A DNA stretch of 64,000 bases. It comes from Dendrobates tinctorius (lineage: Eukaryota). The notes beneath the pieces are model-generated. The model made no database searches and had not been told where the DNA came from. It saw only the letters and a program-made list of their open reading frames with translations. Position 1 is the stretch's first letter; each line of letters opens with the position of its first letter. The position numbers were made by a program, and so were the translations under genes. Location of the stretch: contig NW_027361775.1 of assembly GCF_039654945.1 (NCBI RefSeq), positions 32,302,001-32,366,000 of the forward strand, given 5' to 3'. Positions 52,210 to 64,000 of this stretch are shown in pieces.

Positions 52210-52955
52210 TTAGTGTGGCTTCTGTGCCTGCTGCTGATGTTCACACAAAATTGTGAAAATATGAATGTGACGAACGGGGGTCCCGCTGCCACCAAAACAG
52301 ACAGCGGACCCTGTGTCACCAATATGTAACAATCCCACCACTGACACGGGTGTATCAGCGGACGGAGGGACGCAACACACTGCCGGCACTCGGCTATCAC
52401 AGGCACAGTGGGGGCTTATCTTAGTTATCCCACCACTGGCATCATGTGACAAAAATGCAGCAAGCTAACCTTGCTCTAACAATTTACCGCAGGGGGGTTA
52501 TTTTGGATGCCCCAACCACTGCTAACAACATTCCAAGAACTGCGGGGATTTATGTATATCCCACTTTCTCAGTTCCACTTTGGAACTCGCAGCTCTCCGG
52601 CGCCCCCCCTTACCCTCCGGTCAGTCAGGGAACTGCACCTAGGATAATTAGTCGCCGGACGGGCTGCTTGTTGTGCACGGACAATTAGGCTACTGCAGTA
52701 AGGGAATTGTCAATGCTGTGGCCACAGCCCCCCTTTAGCAACATAAGACCCTTCTATCCTGCCAACTAGCCTAATCAATCGCACACACCACGCTGCCACC
52801 ATCCACGCTTTTCTTAATTCACAGAGTTAAATTAAGAAGGTCCTTGGCAAACCCCTGAAATCAGTAGCGATTATCTAAAAGAGGCACATAGTTCGTTTCT
52901 TAAAGCATGGAGACAAACTGATAATTTTAAGATTTATTCCCAAAAGGGCAGAGAT

Positions 52956-55900
52956 TAGAATCATAGAATCGTAGAGTTGGAAGGGACCTCCTGGGCCATC
53001 TTGTCCAACTCCCTGCTCAAAGCAGGATTCGCTAAATCATCCCAGTCAGATGTCTGTCCAGCCTCTGTTTGAAGACTTCCATTGAATGAGAACTCACCAC
53101 TTCTCGTGGCAGCTTGTTCCACTCATTGATCACTCTGTCAAAAAGTTTTTTCTAATATCTAATCTGTGTCTCCTCCCATTCAGTTTCATCCCATTGTTTC
53201 TAGTCTTTCCTTGTGCAAATGAGAATAAAGTTGATCCTTCTACAATGCGACGGCCCTTTAGATATTTGTAGACAGCTATTAAGTCTCCTCTCAGTCTTCT
53301 CTTTTGCAAACTAAACAATCCCAAATCCTGCAACCTTTCCTCATAAGACAGGGTTTGCAGACCGGTCACCATTCTGGTTGCTCTTTTCTGAACTTGCTCC
53401 AGTTTGTTGATGTCTTTTTTAAAATGTGGTGCCCAAAACTGGACACAATATTCCAGATGAGGTCTGACCAAAGAGGAGTAGAGGGAAATAATGACTTCAC
53501 GTGATCTAGACTGTATGCTTCTGTTAATACATCCTAGAATTGCATTTGCCTTTTTTGCTGCTGCATCACACTGTTGACTCATATTCAGTCTGTGATCTAT
53601 TAGTATACCCAAGTCTTTTTCACATGTGCTGTTGCTTAGGCCTATCCTCCCATCAGTATATGCTTTTTTCATTTTTATTGCCCAGATGTAGTACTTTGCT
53701 TTTTTCCCTGTTAAAAACCATTCTGTTAGTTGCTGCCCACTTCTCCAGTTTATTTATATCTTTTTGAATCCTCTCTCTCTCTTCTTTAGTATTAGCTATC
53801 CCTCCTAGCTTTGGGTCATCAGCAAATTTAATCAGTTTACCCTCAATTCCTTCATCTAAATCGTTGAGAAAGATGTTGAACAATACAGGGCCCAGGACAG
53901 AGCCCTGTGGTACCCCACTTGAGACATTCTTCCAGCTGGATGTGCAGCCATTTACGACCACTCTTTGGGTCCGATCACTAAGCCAGTTATGAATCCACCT
54001 AACAGTTGCCTTGCCCATTCCATACTTAGTCATTTTTTCAATAAGAATTGTATGAGATACTTTGTCAAATGCTTTGCTGAAGTAAAGATATAGTATATCT
54101 ACAGCATTTCCTTGATCCACCCAATCAGTGATTCCATCATAGAAGGAAATTAAGTTAGTCTGACATGACTTATTAGTTACAAACCCATGCTGACTCTGTT
54201 TAATCACTTAATTCTTATCCAGGTACTGACATACATGTTGTTTAATAATTTGTTCAAAGATCTTTCCTGGTATAGAAGTCAGACTCACCGGCCTATAGTT
54301 GCCTGGGTCCACCTTCTTCCCCTTTTTGAAAATAGGAACAATATTTGTTCTTCTCCAGTCTTCTGGGACTTCTCCTGTTCTCCAAGAATTTTCAAAGATT
54401 ATGGAGAGGGGTTCAAAAATTTCTTCTGCTATCTCCTTCAGTACTCTGGGGTGTAATTCATCTGGACCTGGAGACTTGAATTCATTTAGGTTAGATAAGT
54501 GTTTCCTCACTATCTTTCTGTTTATAGATATCCTGGATTCTTCTATTCCCTTAATAGGACAGTGAAGAACAGTTGATGTTACATTTCCTTTCTGAGAGAA
54601 AACAGATGCAAAATAGGAATTTAAAAGTTCAGCCTTCTCAACATCCTGTCTTACCATTTCATCATTTTCATCCTGTAAAAATCCTATAGCATCTTTGCCT
54701 TTTCTTTTACTTTTGACATATCCCCAAAATCCTTTATTATTGCTTTTGACATCTCTTGCAAGCCTCAATTCATTGTCAGCTTTAGATAATCTGATTTGTG
54801 CCCTGCAGGTTCTGCAGACAGCATTATATTCTTCTTTAGATTTGCCTCCCTCTTTCCATTTTATAAACATTTTTTTCTTCCTTTTTAGTATGTGCTTAAG
54901 TTCTGTGTTCATCCATCCTGGCTTCCTTAAATGCTTCCTATTCTTCCCTCTTTTCGGAATTGTTAACAATTGTGCTTTGAGAATTTCATTTTTCAAGATT
55001 TAGCAACCTCCTTGAACATTTTTGTCTTTAAAGATATCCAGCCATTGGATCCCTCCAATTCTCTTTCTGAATCCCTTAAAATCTGCCTTTCTGAAATCTA
55101 ACCTTGACGTCTGAGTCTTCACAGGTCTTCCTCCTATAGTTATCCAAAATTCTAAAATAGCATGGTCGCTACCTCCTAGGGTTCCAGCCACTTTTACCTC
55201 CTCAAACAATTCCTCCCTGTTTATAAGTATTAGATCCAAGGTAGCAGTTCCCCTTGTTTTCTCCCCTACCTTTTGGAAGATAAAGTTGTCAGCAAGAGAG
55301 GATAAGAATTTCCTTGACCTGTTATTTGTTGGGAATCTCTCTCAGGCAAAACTATCTGGATAGTTGAAATCTCCCATGACAACTATGTCATTTTTTGGAG
55401 AACTTGGCCATTTGATGCATAAAGAGTTCATCCATATCTTCAGCTTGCACAGGCGGCCTGTAGTAAATGCCTACAATGGTGTCCTTTCCATTGTTCTGTC
55501 CTTGTATTCTTACCCAAACAGTTTCCAAAGAACTCCCAGTCTCTGAAGCTTCAATCTCTGTGCAGATATACGCGTTTCTAACATACAATGCAACGCCTTC
55601 TCCTCGTTTATCAAGTCTGTTTCTTGCAAATAAGTTGTATCCTTCTCGTCTTGTATTCCAATCATGTGTATTGTCCCACCAAGTTTCAGTGATTCCAATA
55701 TCATATTTTTTTTCCTGTGTTAGTAGTTCCAATTCTCCTTGTTTGTTGCCCATGCTTTGTGCATTAGTATAGAAACATTTTAGTTTGATTGGTTTCTCTT
55801 TCTCCAATATTTTTATTAATTAGATTCTTTTGTCTTTGTTCTTCCTTTCCACTTCTAATAGCAGAGTTCTCAATAGCATTTGTCAGGTGTATGGCTTTTT

Positions 55901-57100
55901 CTGGTCTTTTGCTTCCCTTCCCATGTTGTTCTAGTTTAAAGCTCTCCTTACAAGTGTAGCAAGGCGACTTCCAAATACATGTTTTCCAGTCTTCGTAAGG
56001 TGCACCCCATGTCTAGCAAGTAGTCCATCGTAAAGGTAATTCACTCCGTGATCCATAAATCCAAATCGTTGCTGACGGCACCATCGACGTAGCCAGTTGT
56101 TTATCTGCAGAATCTTATTCCACCTTGTTCCATGGCAATCCACTGGGAGGATGGAAGAGAAGACCACCTGCGCTCCCAGTTCTTTCACTTTCTTGCCCAA
56201 GTCTTCAAAGTCTCTGCAGATGGTTTCCAGGTCGTTTCTTGCGTTGTCATTTGTCCCCACATGTAGTAGCAGGAATGGGTAGTCATCTGTAGGTCTGAAG
56301 AGTCCTGATATCCTGTCAGACACATCTTTAAATTTTTGCACCTGGAAGACAGCACATTTCTCTTGAAGTTATATCCGGTCTGCAGATAGCGGCCTCTGTT
56401 CCTCTCAACAGGGAATCCCCCATGACCACCACTCTCCGTTTCTTCTTCACAACATTTTTCTTTCTCCATCCAGGAGGACTCTGAAGGCATACAAGGTTGC
56501 TGTTTGTGGGCAAAGTCTTATCCTGATGTATTTCTTCATCGTTTTCCTGCGTGAGAGCCTGGTACTTGTTCCTGAGAAGTATGGGTGCTGACTGCCTCCT
56601 GATCCTCCTGCTTCTCTGGGTCATGTCTCCATTCCTCTGTTTCTTCAGGTGCACTTCGAATTTCTTCTCTTTCTGTAACATGAAGAGATAATTCTGCTCT
56701 GTCTAAGAACTCTTCACCTTCCTTAATGATCTTCAACGTAGCTAACCTCTCGAGATTTTGCAACTTTTCCTCCAACAGGGACACAAGCTTGCATTTGTGG
56801 CATGTGAAGTTTGGCTTTTCCACTGGTAAGTCTGTGAACATGTAACAAGAAATGCAGCTCACCAAATGGCTCCTGGCCTCTTCCATATTGAGATTTCTTA
56901 AAAACGATGAAAGATGAGCCATTTTCCGATCTCCTCTTTTCAGCTGCAACGGCCAAAACCCAGTGATCGTTGAGCTCGCGGAGACTCTTCACTTATCCCA
57001 GAAGGCACTGGGAATATGCAAATGATCTCCTCAAGACTCTTCCCCTGGTTTTCCGATCTCCTCTTTTCAGCTGCAACGGCCAAAACCCAGTGATCGTTGA
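52956..57100 (-). mobile_element. Near-full-length CR1 LINE (ORF1 Zn-finger/SGNH esterase, ORF2 APE-RT), disrupted
   Basis: (ATTCTRTG)n 3' tail at ~52956. ORF2 motifs YTNAQS, ITETWW, PGNYRPVSLTS, GVPQGSVLGP, FADD, YEERL. ORF1 motifs CISC...CHKC, GDSLLR, HVGTND, GVHL. Several frameshifts and stops. Confidence 0.95.
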
Positions 57101-57570
57101 TTATACAGATAAAAGTTGCTATAAAGTTGAGACATTACATACGTACAGATACAAATATAAAACAAAGTGGATGAAAGAAGAAAGTACACTTATATGTGGT
57201 CAGTTGGTGTTAGGCAACCCATGCGGGTGAGGGGTGGAGGGGCGCTTAACCAAACGTCCCCACTCATCGGCACGTCTCTCTGGCATGAGGACCTCGGCTG
57301 AACTGCCTGGAACTTGCTAGGGGATAACTATAGACTTGGGTCTGTGACCTCATGAAATGGGCGGTCTGGAGAGGTCCAACCTCCCTCTCTCCAAGTTATG
57401 ATTTTGCTACAAAACTTAGAAAAACTATATCTAAACGAGAAAAACCCATACCACCACACATAGGGCATCATTGTTTGTGATTTAACGAATCCAACAAGAA
57501 GACATCAAGAATACACTAGATAGGACATTCCATTTGGGAGCAATACATATCTCAGGTTCTGGTGAGGTTC

Positions 57571-57987
57571 ATAGAATCATAGAATTGTAGAGTTGGAAGG
57601 GACCTCCTGGGCCATCTGGTCCAACCCCCTGCTCAAAGCAGGATTTGCTAAATCATCCCAGTCAGATGTCTGTCCAGCCTCTGTTTGAAGACTTCCATTG
57701 AAGGAGAACTCACCACTTCTCGTGGCAGCTTGTTCCACTCATTGATCACTCTAACTGTCAAAAAGTTTTTTCTAATATCTAATGTGTCTCCTCCCATTCA
57801 GTTTCAACCCATTGCTTCTAGTCTTTCCTTGTGCAAATGAGAATAAAGTTGATCCTTCTACAATGTGACAGCCCTTTAGATATTTGTAGACAGCTATTAA
57901 GTCTCCTCTCAGTCTTCTCTTTTGCAAACTAAACATTCCCAAATCCTGCAACCTTTCCTCATAAGACAGGGTTTGCAGACCGGTCAC
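57571..57987 (-). mobile_element. 5'-truncated CR1 3' fragment, same family as 52956-57100
   Basis: Near-identical to 52956-53369, including the microsatellite tail. Confidence 0.93.
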
Positions 57988-58375
57988 CTGATTTTCAGGT
58001 TATAACCGTGAAAATCAGGACTTAGAAAGCTGGCCTCATGCCCTTTGCAGAAATGTGAGTTTTAGATCTGAGGTGTATGGTTTTTTTTTCAATATGACTT
58101 GTTTTAATACTTCCCATATACTGGCATACAGTCTGTGTTTTCAGAACAAAGATCTTTTCCCCCTAGCTGTTCTTCGAGAGGAAATGAACGGTTTCAGGTT
58201 ACCAGCAAGCACGGAGCTGATAAGGGGCAAAAGGAGGGGGCTATAAGGGAGGGGGGATTACAGCTACATGACAGGCTCGTCTCCTTGATGTGTAGCAATG
58301 GGAGATTCTAGAAAGTTCTAGAACCATCATACTTTAATATATAGATCTTACAGACATTTTACATTACAATGAACA

Positions 58376-58810
58376 GTCATGGTTGGTCTATATCTGCTGG
58401 GTTAGCTGTAGTGGATGACGTCTCGGTCTCAATTATACTATTTCTATTCTCGTGACAGTTATTCCACTTCAGTAGTGTAAGACCCTCATTTCTTTAAATG
58501 TGATCACTCCTTGTTGGGTATCCATCTGCTGCATTGGTTGTAGTGGAAGAACTGTCAGTCAAAATTATACTATTTCTACTGTGGTGAAATTGATGCCACT
58601 TCTGTGGTGTAAGGCCCTCATTTCTTTAAATGTGAACACTCCTGGTTGGGTGTCCATCTGCTGGATTGGGTGTAGTGGAAGAACTGTTCGTCCCTATTAT
58701 ACTATTTCTACTGTGGTGAAACTGATGCCACTTTGGTGTCTGCCAATAATTTTTGGAAATGTGAGCACTCATGGTTGGGTATCCTTTATGTGTGTTGCCT
58801 GTAGCAGTAG
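58376..58810. repeat. 132-bp tandem repeat, about 3.3 copies
   Basis: CTCATTTCTTTAAATGTG recurs at 58485 and 58617. Confidence 0.8.
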
Positions 58811-59920
58811 GCTTCCAAGACCGTCAGGCCTCCACTTCCTTGCACTCAACTACCAATGTTACTATCCTTCAATTTTTCGGACAATGGTAGTCTACAAAAC
58901 TGATATTTGTGCCGCCTGAGTGTGGCTCAGCATGAAAGCAGGTAGAGGTGTTGCATGTGCTATCAGGGTTCCCAACATTGGGAGGCAGAATAAAAAAATC
59001 AACAGCAGGTGAAGAATTGGTTTTATTTATTTTGTATTTGTACATCGTTCCTTGTGTGGTATAAGTGATTAAGCGAATTTATTCTTTGGGTTGGTACAAT
59101 CACAGGGATACCAGAATTTTTATAGTTTTTGGCTGCAGTTACACACTCAAACACACTTTTTATTACTGCATCGCCATATTTTCATAGCCTTTTCCAGATT
59201 TCAACCGATAGAATCATGTGAAGGCTTTTTAATTGCAGGACGAGTTGATGGTTTTATTGGTACCATTTTCGTGCACATGCCATTTTTTGATTGCCTTCTA
59301 TTCTGAGTGTTGGGAGGCAGAATGAATAAAAATCAGCAATTCAGGAATTTTTTTTTTATGCCGTTCGGGAACAGTAGAGAATTTTTAATGCAAATATATT
59401 AAAAAAATAGTTTAGATTATGGCACTAAATAGATAGGGATTAAGAATGAAAATTACTTTGGACCACCACTTTAAGGAATCCTTGTCAAAAGACCTTGAAA
59501 TCAACAACACACATTTTGGAGAAAAGAGTGTCTTCAATAATACATAAAGTTACATGTCAGGGTCTTAAACAAGATTATAAATTATATCTGAAAAATCATG
59601 GCAGTAATTGAGATGGCTCTGTCACATCTCACATTAATTTTTATGAAAGCTAGTATGGCGTATGGCTGTCACCATTATACATGCAATATCTGATTAACCC
59701 CTTAGTGATGGAGGCAATTTTGACCTTAATGACCAAATCAAATTTTACATTTCTGACCACTATCACTTTATGAGGTTATAATTCTGGAACGCTTCAACGG
59801 ATCCCACTGATTCTGAGAATATTTTTTCATGACATATTGAACTTCATGTTAGTGGTAATATTTCTTTGATATGACCTGCGATTATTTGTGGGGAAAAAAC
59901 AAATTTTATCAAAAATTTAG

Positions 59921-60290
59921 ATACAGGAAAGATGTATATCTTTGTACCGTGTTAGCCAGTGGATAGAAAAATATTCAGGATTGAGAGTCCTCAGTAGTTG
60001 ATACCTTTTAATGGCTAACTGAAAAGATGGTAATACATTGCAAGCTTTCGAGACTACTTAGGTCTCTTCATCAGGCTAGACTAACACAAAATCTGAAGTC
60101 ACATATTTATGCACAATACAGCCTAGAAAAATTTATTGTGCATAAATATGTGACTTCAGATTTTGTATTAGTCTAGCCTGATGAAGAGACCTAAGTAGTC
60201 TCGAAAGCTTGCAATGTATTACCATCTTTTCAGTTAGCCATTAAAAGGTATCAACTACTGAGGACTCTCAATCCTGAATATTTTTCTATC
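59921..60290. mobile_element. Penelope-derived fold-back element with two hammerhead-like cores
   Basis: 157-bp inverted arms (59962-60118 and 60134-60290, 1 mismatch); flanks AAAAATTTAG/AAAAATGTAG. Confidence 0.75.
60176..60212 (+). ncRNA. Minimal type I hammerhead ribozyme-like motif (mirror copy on the - strand at 60040-60076)
   Basis: CTGATGA-A-GAGAC(CTAAGTA)GTCTC-GAAA-GCTT; palindromic stem III (AAGCTT). Confidence 0.65.
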
Positions 60291-60999
60291 AAAAATGTAG
60301 TAATTTTCATACTTTTAATTTTTATGCCCTTAAATCATAGAGTCATAGCTCACAAAATAGTTAATAAATAACATTTCCCACGTCTACTTTACAACAGCAC
60401 TATTTTTTTAAACAATTTTTGTTAGGTAGTTAGAAAGGGTACAAGTCGACCATCGATTTCTCATTTTTCCAACAAAATTTACAAGATCATTTTTTTAGTC
60501 ACATCACATTTGAAGTGACTTTGAGGGACCCATGTGACAGAAAATACCCAAAAGTGACAACATTCTAAAAACTGCACTCCTCAAGATGCGCAAAACCACA
60601 TTTAAGTTTATTAACGCTCCAGGTGCTTCATAGGAACTGAAGTAATGTGGAAGGAAAAAATGAACATATAATTTTTTTTTCACAAAAAAATTTACTTTCG
60701 ACCAAAACCTTTTTGATTTTCACAAGGGTAACAGGAGAAAATGGCCCACAAAATTTGTTGTGCAATTTCTCCTGAGTATACCGATACTTTATTTGCAGGG
60801 GAAATCTACTGTTTGGGCGCACGGCAGGGCTCAGAAGGGAAGGAGCGCCGTTTGACTTTTCGAATGTAAAATTTGCTGGAATAATTAGCGAATGCCATGT
60901 CGCGTTTGCAGAGAGGCTGATGTGTCTAAACAGTGGAAATCCTGAACAGGTGACACCATTTTGGGAACCACAAAAACTCAAGGATTTTATACAGGGATA

Positions 61000-61164
61000 G
61001 GCCGGGATCACACATGCAAGAAACTCGGAAGAGTCTTGCATGTTAATCACCGGCACTCAGGAGCGGAGCGTTCAGCTGCATGTATTGCTATGAGGCCGCA
61101 CGCTCCGATCCGAGGTATTAACATGCGAGACTTGTCCGAGTTTCTCGCATGTGTGATCCCGGCC
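61000..61164. mobile_element. 165-bp Harbinger-type MITE
   Basis: ATA TSD; perfect TIR GGCCGGGATCACACATGC. Confidence 0.85.
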
Positions 61165-61517
61165 ATATAGTGAGCATTTTGAACTCACACAAGTACAACA
61201 CAGAATTTGATCTCATAAGGCCGTCATATTGAATATGTCATCATTAGTGTTGAGCGCAAGTGGTCGCTTATCCAGTTTGCATCTAGTGCCCGGGTGTGCA
61301 CCGAACATTGCGGGTGCTCAGGTGACATGCTCAAATCCCCGCCCCACATGTTTCTCAGCTGCTAGATACCAAAGAAAAAAAAAACATGCGGAGATCTGCG
61401 ATACTCCGTGCATATCCAAGCTCCCGATGCAAACTCAAGTAGCGAGCACCTGCGCTCAACTCTAGCTGTCATATCGGTTTTTGTTTTACTTTTGAAAAAA
61501 AAAAAAATTCTAACACC

Positions 61518-61596
61518 AACCTAAACCCTAACCCAACCCTAACCCCAACTCTTACAGTAATCCAAACCTAGAACCAACCCTAACCCAAACCCTAAG
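61518..61596. repeat. Degenerate (CCCTAA)-like telomere-type repeat
   Basis: AACCCTAACCCAACCCTAACCCC...AACCCTAACCCAAACCCTAAG. Confidence 0.6.
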
Positions 61597-62094
61597 CACA
61601 ACTGCTAAGAATGAAAAAAAAAAAAAAATTCTTTATAATTCTATTTAACTAAAGGGATAACAAAAGGGAATTTGAGCTACCATTTTCTTTTGATTACTGT
61701 GATAGAGTATCACAGTGATCAAAAGGAACCAATAGGAAAAATGTCCTATTGTTGCCGGGTAGTGGCCGGTAGATCTTGGAAGGTGTACTGCTCATGTGCC
61801 CGCCATTTTTTTTCCCAGGAAGATGACGCCGGGCCGAGGGACGGATCAGGAGGGTCCAGGGATGGCGCAGGTACCGGGGGGTATTGGGGTTCATCGTTTC
61901 TCTCTCCCCTGACGTGTATATCATGTTAGAAGAGAGAGAAATCATTGTAACAGTTGGCACATTTTTTTGGTGATTGCCATTATTCACTGAAATTGTAGAA
62001 TTATGGATTATTGTCATCCTTGTTCCAATCTAGAAAAGAAACAACTTTTGCTCTCTTGTCAAAAGATTATAGAGACCCTATGACCACTCCTGAC

Positions 62095-62404
62095 TAGTGA
62101 TGAGCGAGTATACTCGTTACTCAGGTTTCCCCCGAGTATGCTTGGGTGATCTCTGAGTATTTTGGCGTGCTCGGAGATTGTTTTCATCGCCTCAGCTGCA
62201 TGATTTACGGCTGCTGGACAGCATGAATACACGTGGGAATTTTCTAACAAACAGACATTCCTCACATGTATTATGCCTGATCAGCAGCCGCAAATCATGC
62301 AGCTGCATTGACAGAAACTAAATCTCCAAGCACGCCAAAATACTCGGATACCACCCGAGCATGCTCGGGAAAACCCGAGCAACGAGTATACTCGCTCATC
62401 ACTG
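62095..62404. mobile_element. hAT MITE, same family as 29807-30738, without the nested insert
   Basis: TSD CTCCTGAC/CTTCTGAC; fold-back structure. Confidence 0.85.
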
Positions 62405-63477
62405 CTTCTGACATGTCTGACTTGTGACAGGGGTGTTTCCTATACAGTTTAGACAATGTTAGAGTGGGCAGGGACACACACTTCTGTTGGCAACAGCCAG
62501 TTGTAAAGTTATTCATACAATTGCCAGGACAGATAACAGAGGAATAGTGTAATACAATGCTTAAAAAAGGATGCTCCAGAATTGTTATATTATAAAGAAT
62601 GTAAGTATTTACTAAGCTATGAGAGGAGATCAAAAGGTTCTTTCTAAAGTTTCCCTATTAAAAATAACAGTTTATACAATTTAGGCTACAATGATTCATG
62701 AGGCTTTGGGTCAGATCTTAGAAGAAATGCCATAGGAAAGAAAATGAACTTGAAGATTAGGATTATGCATACAATTTACACTCTAAATAGAGAATTCATG
62801 AAGGATTTGGGAGCGATTGTAGAGATCAAACTGTGCCACAGCAAGAACAACGTTAATCAGTGTCTGCTCAAACTTATCCTGCAATAAAAACATGTTTACC
62901 AGAGAAAAGCATAATCCTACCTAAAGAAATCCCCTGAAAGTCTCCCTTAAGATATGCAGGAAATTTCTGGTCAACAAGAAGGAAAAAAAAAAAGAAAAGA
63001 TAATAGCCCAGGAAAATGACCAGCAGCCGGCATCGCATCAGCATTACAGGACTTCATCATCAGTGAAAGCTCTCTAAATAGAAAATATCCACATAGGAAG
63101 ACAATCAGAACTATGTGCCCCGGTTTATCCACGGGAATTCCCAAAACCTCCTCCTCTGCACCAACCCGATATGTAGCAATGTCCCCAATGCATGGATATC
63201 GCCTAGCGGGAATATAGAAGGCTTCATTCATTCTTTGCGGAGGATGGAGGAATATAATCTTTAGGCAGGTTGGCTGGGGAAACTCCAGAAGTGCCAACAA
63301 GGTGTGACGGGATTGTTGATAGCAAATATAGTGCGAGGTAATCCTGTTTTCAGACACAGCAGAAACCTCAATGGAACCCTTCCAGTCAATTAAGGGAATT
63401 AATGTCCATCATAAGAAGAAGCTGTGACAGTACTGTGAACCGAGAGAAGCTGTGACAGTAGTGTGAACAGAGCCTTA

Positions 63478-64000
63478 GGGCCCCGTCACACATAGCGACG
63501 CACCAGCGATCCCAACAACGATATTACCTTGTCAGGATCGCTGGTGTGTCGCTACATGATCGCTGGTGAGCTGTCAAACAGGCAGCTTCACCAGCGACAG
63601 GAGGGTAACAAGCGACACACGTCACTTAGTTACCAGCGTGCTGGTGAAGGGAGCTGGTAACCAAGGTACACATTGGGCTTCTAAGCAGCGCGCGGTACTT
63701 AGAAACCCGATGTGTACCTTGGTTACCAGCTTCCTGCACCAGCGCGCTGGTAACTACGGTATACATAAGTGCTGCGCGCCGCTTAGAAACCCAATGTTTA
63801 CCTTAGTTACCAGCGCGCTGATCGCTGGTCTCCCGCCTGTCACACGCAGCGATGCGTGCTGGCCAGCGATCAAAAAAAATGTCCTGGCTATTCCAGGACG
63901 ATAAGCGATAACTGGCAGGGGGGGGCGGTCGCTAGTCAGTGTCACACACAGCGATCTCACTGTTGCGTCACAAAACTTGTGACTCAGCAGCGATCTCGCT
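63478..64000. mobile_element. MITE, longer AGCGAT-related subfamily (runs off the window)
   Basis: TTA|GGGCCCCGTCACACATAGC; homologous to 44160-44751. Confidence 0.8.

Larger units (their letters stand above)
59698..62010 (+). mobile_element. Probable piggyBac-like non-autonomous element hosting several insertions
   Basis: TTAA|CCCCTT left end; the right boundary is uncertain. Confidence 0.4.

Noticed and set aside
61518-61596. True interstitial telomere or fusion site
   Set aside because: Short, degenerate and embedded in transposon-like sequence, with no head-to-head junction.
62971-63357. 128-aa minus-strand ORF
   Set aside because: No recognisable motif or convincing splice sites.

Overview
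This is vertebrate genomic DNA, probably from a frog. That call is an inference from the repeat mix: T2/Kolobok-like TTAA MITEs, hAT and Harbinger-type MITEs, V-SINE-like SINEs, CR1, L1, Penelope and Tc1. The only host gene I can support is a minus-strand SLC12A9-type cation-chloride cotransporter, seen as three consecutive phase-1 exons (17503-17366, 14626-14327, 10584-10477). The rest appears to be intronic and is packed with nested transposons. These include a young, near-intact Tf1/sushi-type chromovirus LTR retrotransposon (22484-28325) inside a Tc1, a near-full-length CR1 LINE, a truncated Penelope, an L1 3' fragment, three Tc1 copies, several solo LTRs and many MITEs. The most interesting signals are: (i) several short Penelope-derived, often fold-back, non-coding elements carrying minimal hammerhead-ribozyme cores; (ii) a self-priming (tRNA-independent) PBS in the LTR element; (iii) a ~295-bp direct duplication flanking the Penelope; and (iv) a probable U12-type acceptor plus a candidate poison exon in the host gene. 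All coordinates and identities were read by eye. No searches or folding were run.
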